From IMG/VR virus record IMGVR_UViG_3300043772_001084: DNA of 57,867 nucleotides; one strand, written 5' to 3'. Positions 54,823-57,867 of the stretch are shown piece after piece. Each line of letters starts with the position of its first letter. The first letter of the stretch is position 1. The notes under the pieces are model-generated. The model was not told the origin of the DNA. It was given only the letters and a program-made list of their open reading frames with translations, and searched no databases. The position numbers and the translations under genes are program-made. Origin of the DNA: an uncultured virus (IMG/VR IMGVR_UViG_3300043772_001084). Lineage: Duplodnaviria > Heunggongvirae > Uroviricota > Caudoviricetes.

Positions 54823-54867
54823 AAAAATATTCCTATAATTAAAAAGTATATTAAAAACATTAGATAA

Positions 54868-55809
54868 ATGAATGGTGAAACATATTACGACATTTTAGGT
54901 GTTGCTGAAACCGCGACACAAGACGACATAAAAAAAGCATATAGAAAACTTGCAAAAGAAAATCATCCAGATAAAGGTGGAAATGAGGATGTTTTTAAAA
55001 AGATTTCTGCGGCCTATGATACTATTGGTGATGAACAAAAAAGACAACAATATGATATGGAAAGAAAGAATCCATTTGCCGGTATGGGTGGTGGTTTCGG
55101 TTCTTCAATGAGTGACTTATTTAATAGTGTTTTTGGTGCTGGAAGACAACAAAGACAACAACCAAGAACTCACACAACAAATCTTACAATATCTATTGGT
55201 GCTGTAGAATCTTTTTTGGGTAAAACTAAAACAATCACATATCAAAGAAAAACAGTGTGTGAACCTTGTAACGGTAGTGGGGGTGATAATCAAACTTGTT
55301 CAACCTGCCACGGACAAGGTCAGGTCGTAAGACAAGTCGGATCAAATATGTTTATACAAATGGTTCAAATGCAATGTCCAACCTGTATGGGTTCTGGAAA
55401 AATAATGATAAACGCTTGCCATTCCTGTGGTGGTCAAGGAACAAAAGATGAAATTAAAAATGTTGATATTAAATTACCACATGGGGCTGATGACGGTCAG
55501 TTTTTAAGATTACAAGGACAAGGTGATTTTAGAAACGGAATTTTTGGTGATTTAATTTTGAGAATACAAGTGGATAAAGAAAATAACTTTGAAAAATTCG
55601 GAAACCATTTAGTTTATAATTGTTATTTTACACTTAAAGATCTGGAAAAGGATAGTTTTGAAATCCCACATCCGGACGGATCAATGACAATCAAGTTTCC
55701 AAAGAATATTGACACATCAAAACCTTTAAGAGTTAAAGGAAAGGGATTTAGAATTGAAAATGGGGGTGATTTAATGATAAATCAATTTTTGAGATACGAA
55801 AGAAATTAG
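54868..55809 (+). CDS. dnaJ: DnaJ (class A) chaperone
   Basis: J-domain with HPD, G/F region, four CxxCxGxG repeats, C-terminal domain. Confidence 0.95.
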   Translation: MNGETYYDILGVAETATQDDIKKAYRKLAKENHPDKGGNEDVFKKISAAYDTIGDEQKRQQYDMERKNPFAGMGGGFGSSMSDLFNSVFGAGRQQRQQPRTHTTNLTISIGAVESFLGKTKTITYQRKTVCEPCNGSGGDNQTCSTCHGQGQVVRQVGSNMFIQMVQMQCPTCMGSGKIMINACHSCGGQGTKDEIKNVDIKLPHGADDGQFLRLQGQGDFRNGIFGDLILRIQVDKENNFEKFGNHLVYNCYFTLKDLEKDSFEIPHPDGSMTIKFPKNIDTSKPLRVKGKGFRIENGGDLMINQFLRYERN

Positions 55810-55967
55810 AAAAAAGACATAATATCTTTTACTAACGCTATTCCACCATATATTGATAAAACAAACATTACAATACCAAAACCAATTAAAAAATTTTGTG
55901 TTCTTTTAACACCCTTGTCAGTTTTACAAGATTGACACCCTACTTTTGTTGCTTCTTTATTTTCCAT
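55806..55967 (-). CDS. small membrane protein with GCxSC motif (53 aa, not in ORF track)
   Basis: MENKEATKVGCQSCK..FLIGFGIVMFVLSIYGGIALV. Confidence 0.6.
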   Translation of the reverse strand: MENKEATKVGCQSCKTDKGVKRTQNFLIGFGIVMFVLSIYGGIALVKDIMSFF

Positions 55968-55970
55968 ATT

Positions 55971-56123
55971 TTAATTATAATAAATAATTATATCACCTCT
56001 TACGATTTTAGTAAAGTAATTAAAACTTAATTCTTCTCTAATTAAAATGTCTTCATTTTTTGTGACAATAATTTCTTCAACACCAGCTCTTCCACTTTTA
56101 TATAACTCCACCGAAAAACTCAT
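55971..56123 (-). CDS. small hypothetical protein or degraded gene
   Basis: 50-aa ORF MSFSVELYKSGRAG..; ends 3 nt before the next start. Confidence 0.35.
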   Translation of the reverse strand: MSFSVELYKSGRAGVEEIIVTKNEDILIREELSFNYFTKIVRGDIIIYYN

Positions 56124-56246
56124 AAATCTTTAGTTTTTAGGTAGTTCACATTTATCAAATAAATAATTAATTTTTTTTAAATTGACATATAAATAATAAA
56201 TAGTTATTTTTTTACTTGGTTATAATATTTATAGTAAAAACAAATT

Positions 56247-57867
56247 ATGGAATTAATCAACCTATTATCAAAAGTAGTTAAGGAGAACGCTAACACTAAA
56301 AAAATTCTATTGGAATACCCAGAATCCACAATTAAAAAGTTAGTAGATAAATTTTCTAAAGAGACTCAAGATTCTGAAGAAATGATAAGAAAAAATATTG
56401 CCGACTTTGAAAGATTTAAAAGTGCGTTTGCAAATGAGGACAAAGACATTTTTAAACATACATACGAAAAACTTAAAAAACTTATTGAAGATAAGGCAAC
56501 AAAACAAAAAAGTAAAAAGAATCTTGAAGATATGGTTCAAGACTATATCCAAAAATATAAAGGAACCGATTTACAATTAGCAAAAACAAATATCAAGAAG
56601 TTTTTTGAAATTAAAACACAATTACCACAATTAAAAGAATTTAAGAAAGAAGTTACAACTTATACTCCGGCAGAATTAAATTCTTTGGTTGAAAGATACT
56701 TTTCAAAATTTAATAACCAAGGTGTCAATGAACTTATTGTTGCTATCGCACAAAAATTCCACGATCAATTACCGGAAGAAGATGTTATGACAGTAATTTT
56801 ACCGAGAGCAAAAAGATTTGTAAAACACTACAACTTATTTCCAATCAATATGAAGTTAAGTGCGTTTATGACATTTGATGAATTTGAACATGCTGTTGAT
56901 GGTTATACACCAATGGAAGAAAGTGAGTATGATGTTCCTGAAGTTGACACAAGCGATGTTGATATTGCATATGAGGATGATAATGTATTAATCTTTGCAC
57001 CAGATCAAAAACATAAATGTATTAACATTAGAAAGAAATTTGCACCAGATAGAAGATGGTGTACATCTTGGGAGGGTGCTTCAAATTACTATTACAATTA
57101 TAGATTAAACCAAAATCTTACACTTTATTATATCATCAACAAAAATTTACCAGAATCAGATTTAAATTACGCTTCAGTTATTCTTGTTGATAAGTGGGGT
57201 GAAAAGAGGTTAGCTGATGGTTCTAATTCTGGAAGATATGCCGGATCCACTGTTATTCCTTGGAGTGAGATTTTAAGTAAAATTCCGGTTCTTAAAGATA
57301 AAGAAAAATATTTGGAAGGAAAACCATTTACTGATGAGGATCAAGCTAAAATGCAAAAATATAAGTCTTATAATTTAAAAACTACAGATCCTATAACTGA
57401 ACTTGGTGGTTACCAAGAAGTTGAAATGTGGTTAGAATTAAGAAGTCCAGATTTAAAATCAACACAAAATGGGGATGAAATATTTAAGAATCTTCCAGAA
57501 GAAATGCAAAAGAAATACATTGGACTTGGAAATGAGTTAAGTGCTGGAATGGTTAGAGTCCTTACACCAAGTGCTATGTCATATTATGTGTCAAAGAAAA
57601 AAGAAAAATTGCTTACAAAATCCTTGAAAGATTTAAGTGAAAATGATATGGAAGTTATTATGAGTAGAGAAATGAGACCATATTTAAAAAGTTTGAAAGC
57701 AAAATACAAAAAAGAAATTGAAAATTTTAACACAGGGTTCATTCAAATCATTTATCCAAGTGACCCAAATGCGAAATATGCCAGAATGTTTGGATTTAGA
57801 GAAGTTTTTGATTTAATACCGGAAAATACAACAATGCTTACAATAGAAAATAAATCAAAGGATGAGA
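56247..57867 (+). CDS. large hypothetical protein, truncated by window end; putative head cargo with PcfJ-like WCT motif
   Basis: Open from ATG 56247 (MELINLLSKVVKEN) to the window end; contains AYEDDNVLIF..RWCTSW..YYYNY..LYYII; TATTTAT at 56226. Confidence 0.8.
   Translation, partial: MELINLLSKVVKENANTKKILLEYPESTIKKLVDKFSKETQDSEEMIRKNIADFERFKSAFANEDKDIFKHTYEKLKKLIEDKATKQKSKKNLEDMVQDYIQKYKGTDLQLAKTNIKKFFEIKTQLPQLKEFKKEVTTYTPAELNSLVERYFSKFNNQGVNELIVAIAQKFHDQLPEEDVMTVILPRAKRFVKHYNLFPINMKLSAFMTFDEFEHAVDGYTPMEESEYDVPEVDTSDVDIAYEDDNVLIFAPDQKHKCINIRKKFAPDRRWCTSWEGASNYYYNYRLNQNLTLYYIINKNLPESDLNYASVILVDKWGEKRLADGSNSGRYAGSTVIPWSEILSKIPVLKDKEKYLEGKPFTDEDQAKMQKYKSYNLKTTDPITELGGYQEVEMWLELRSPDLKSTQNGDEIFKNLPEEMQKKYIGLGNELSAGMVRVLTPSAMSYYVSKKKEKLLTKSLKDLSENDMEVIMSREMRPYLKSLKAKYKKEIENFNTGFIQIIYPSDPNAKYARMFGFREVFDLIPENTTMLTIENKSKDE

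Noticed and set aside
1754..56580. Numerous short antisense or nested ORFs in the track (e.g. 3578..3979, 6333..6779, 22734..23141, 48075..48437, 56340..56552, 56398..56580)
   Set aside because: They lie largely or wholly within well-supported genes and have no recognisable motifs; treated as shadow frames.

Overview
This is a 58-kb, about 30% GC, gene-dense segment of a large contractile-tailed (myovirus-type, T4-superfamily-like) bacteriophage. The host is probably in Bacteroidota, based on TTTG-N19/20-TATCTTTG host promoters, a region-1.1-less primary-type sigma factor, SprB repeats, an Hc1-like protein, a DUF6576-like tail and almost no Shine-Dalgarno sites. Gene order: (1) intein-interrupted C5 DNA methyltransferase, 5'-3' exonuclease, DnaB-like helicase, class II ribonucleotide reductase; (2) a ~27-kb baseplate and tail-appendage cluster with gp25, gp6, large baseplate proteins and SprB/PKD/Pro-Thr-linker adhesin-like proteins, around a RuvC-like resolvase; (3) primase, PD-(D/E)XK nuclease, Mre11/Rad50 pair; (4) a putative type II R-M pair, the sigma factor and two tandem C5 methyltransferases; (5) a 1.6-kb island of two homologous structured non-coding RNAs interleaved with two RegB/RelE-like proteins; (6) a lysis-like cassette, head-associated proteins, Hc1, DnaJ and a large ORF cut by the window end. 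The most novel signals are the RNA/RNase-like island, a recurring 'TATTTAT promoter + N-terminal helix ending (I/L/V)xE + variable cargo' cassette, and evidence of domain swapping at Pro-Thr linkers in tail proteins, including an in-frame Fib_succ_major remnant behind a stop codon. All family assignments come from motif recognition by eye; no searches were run.
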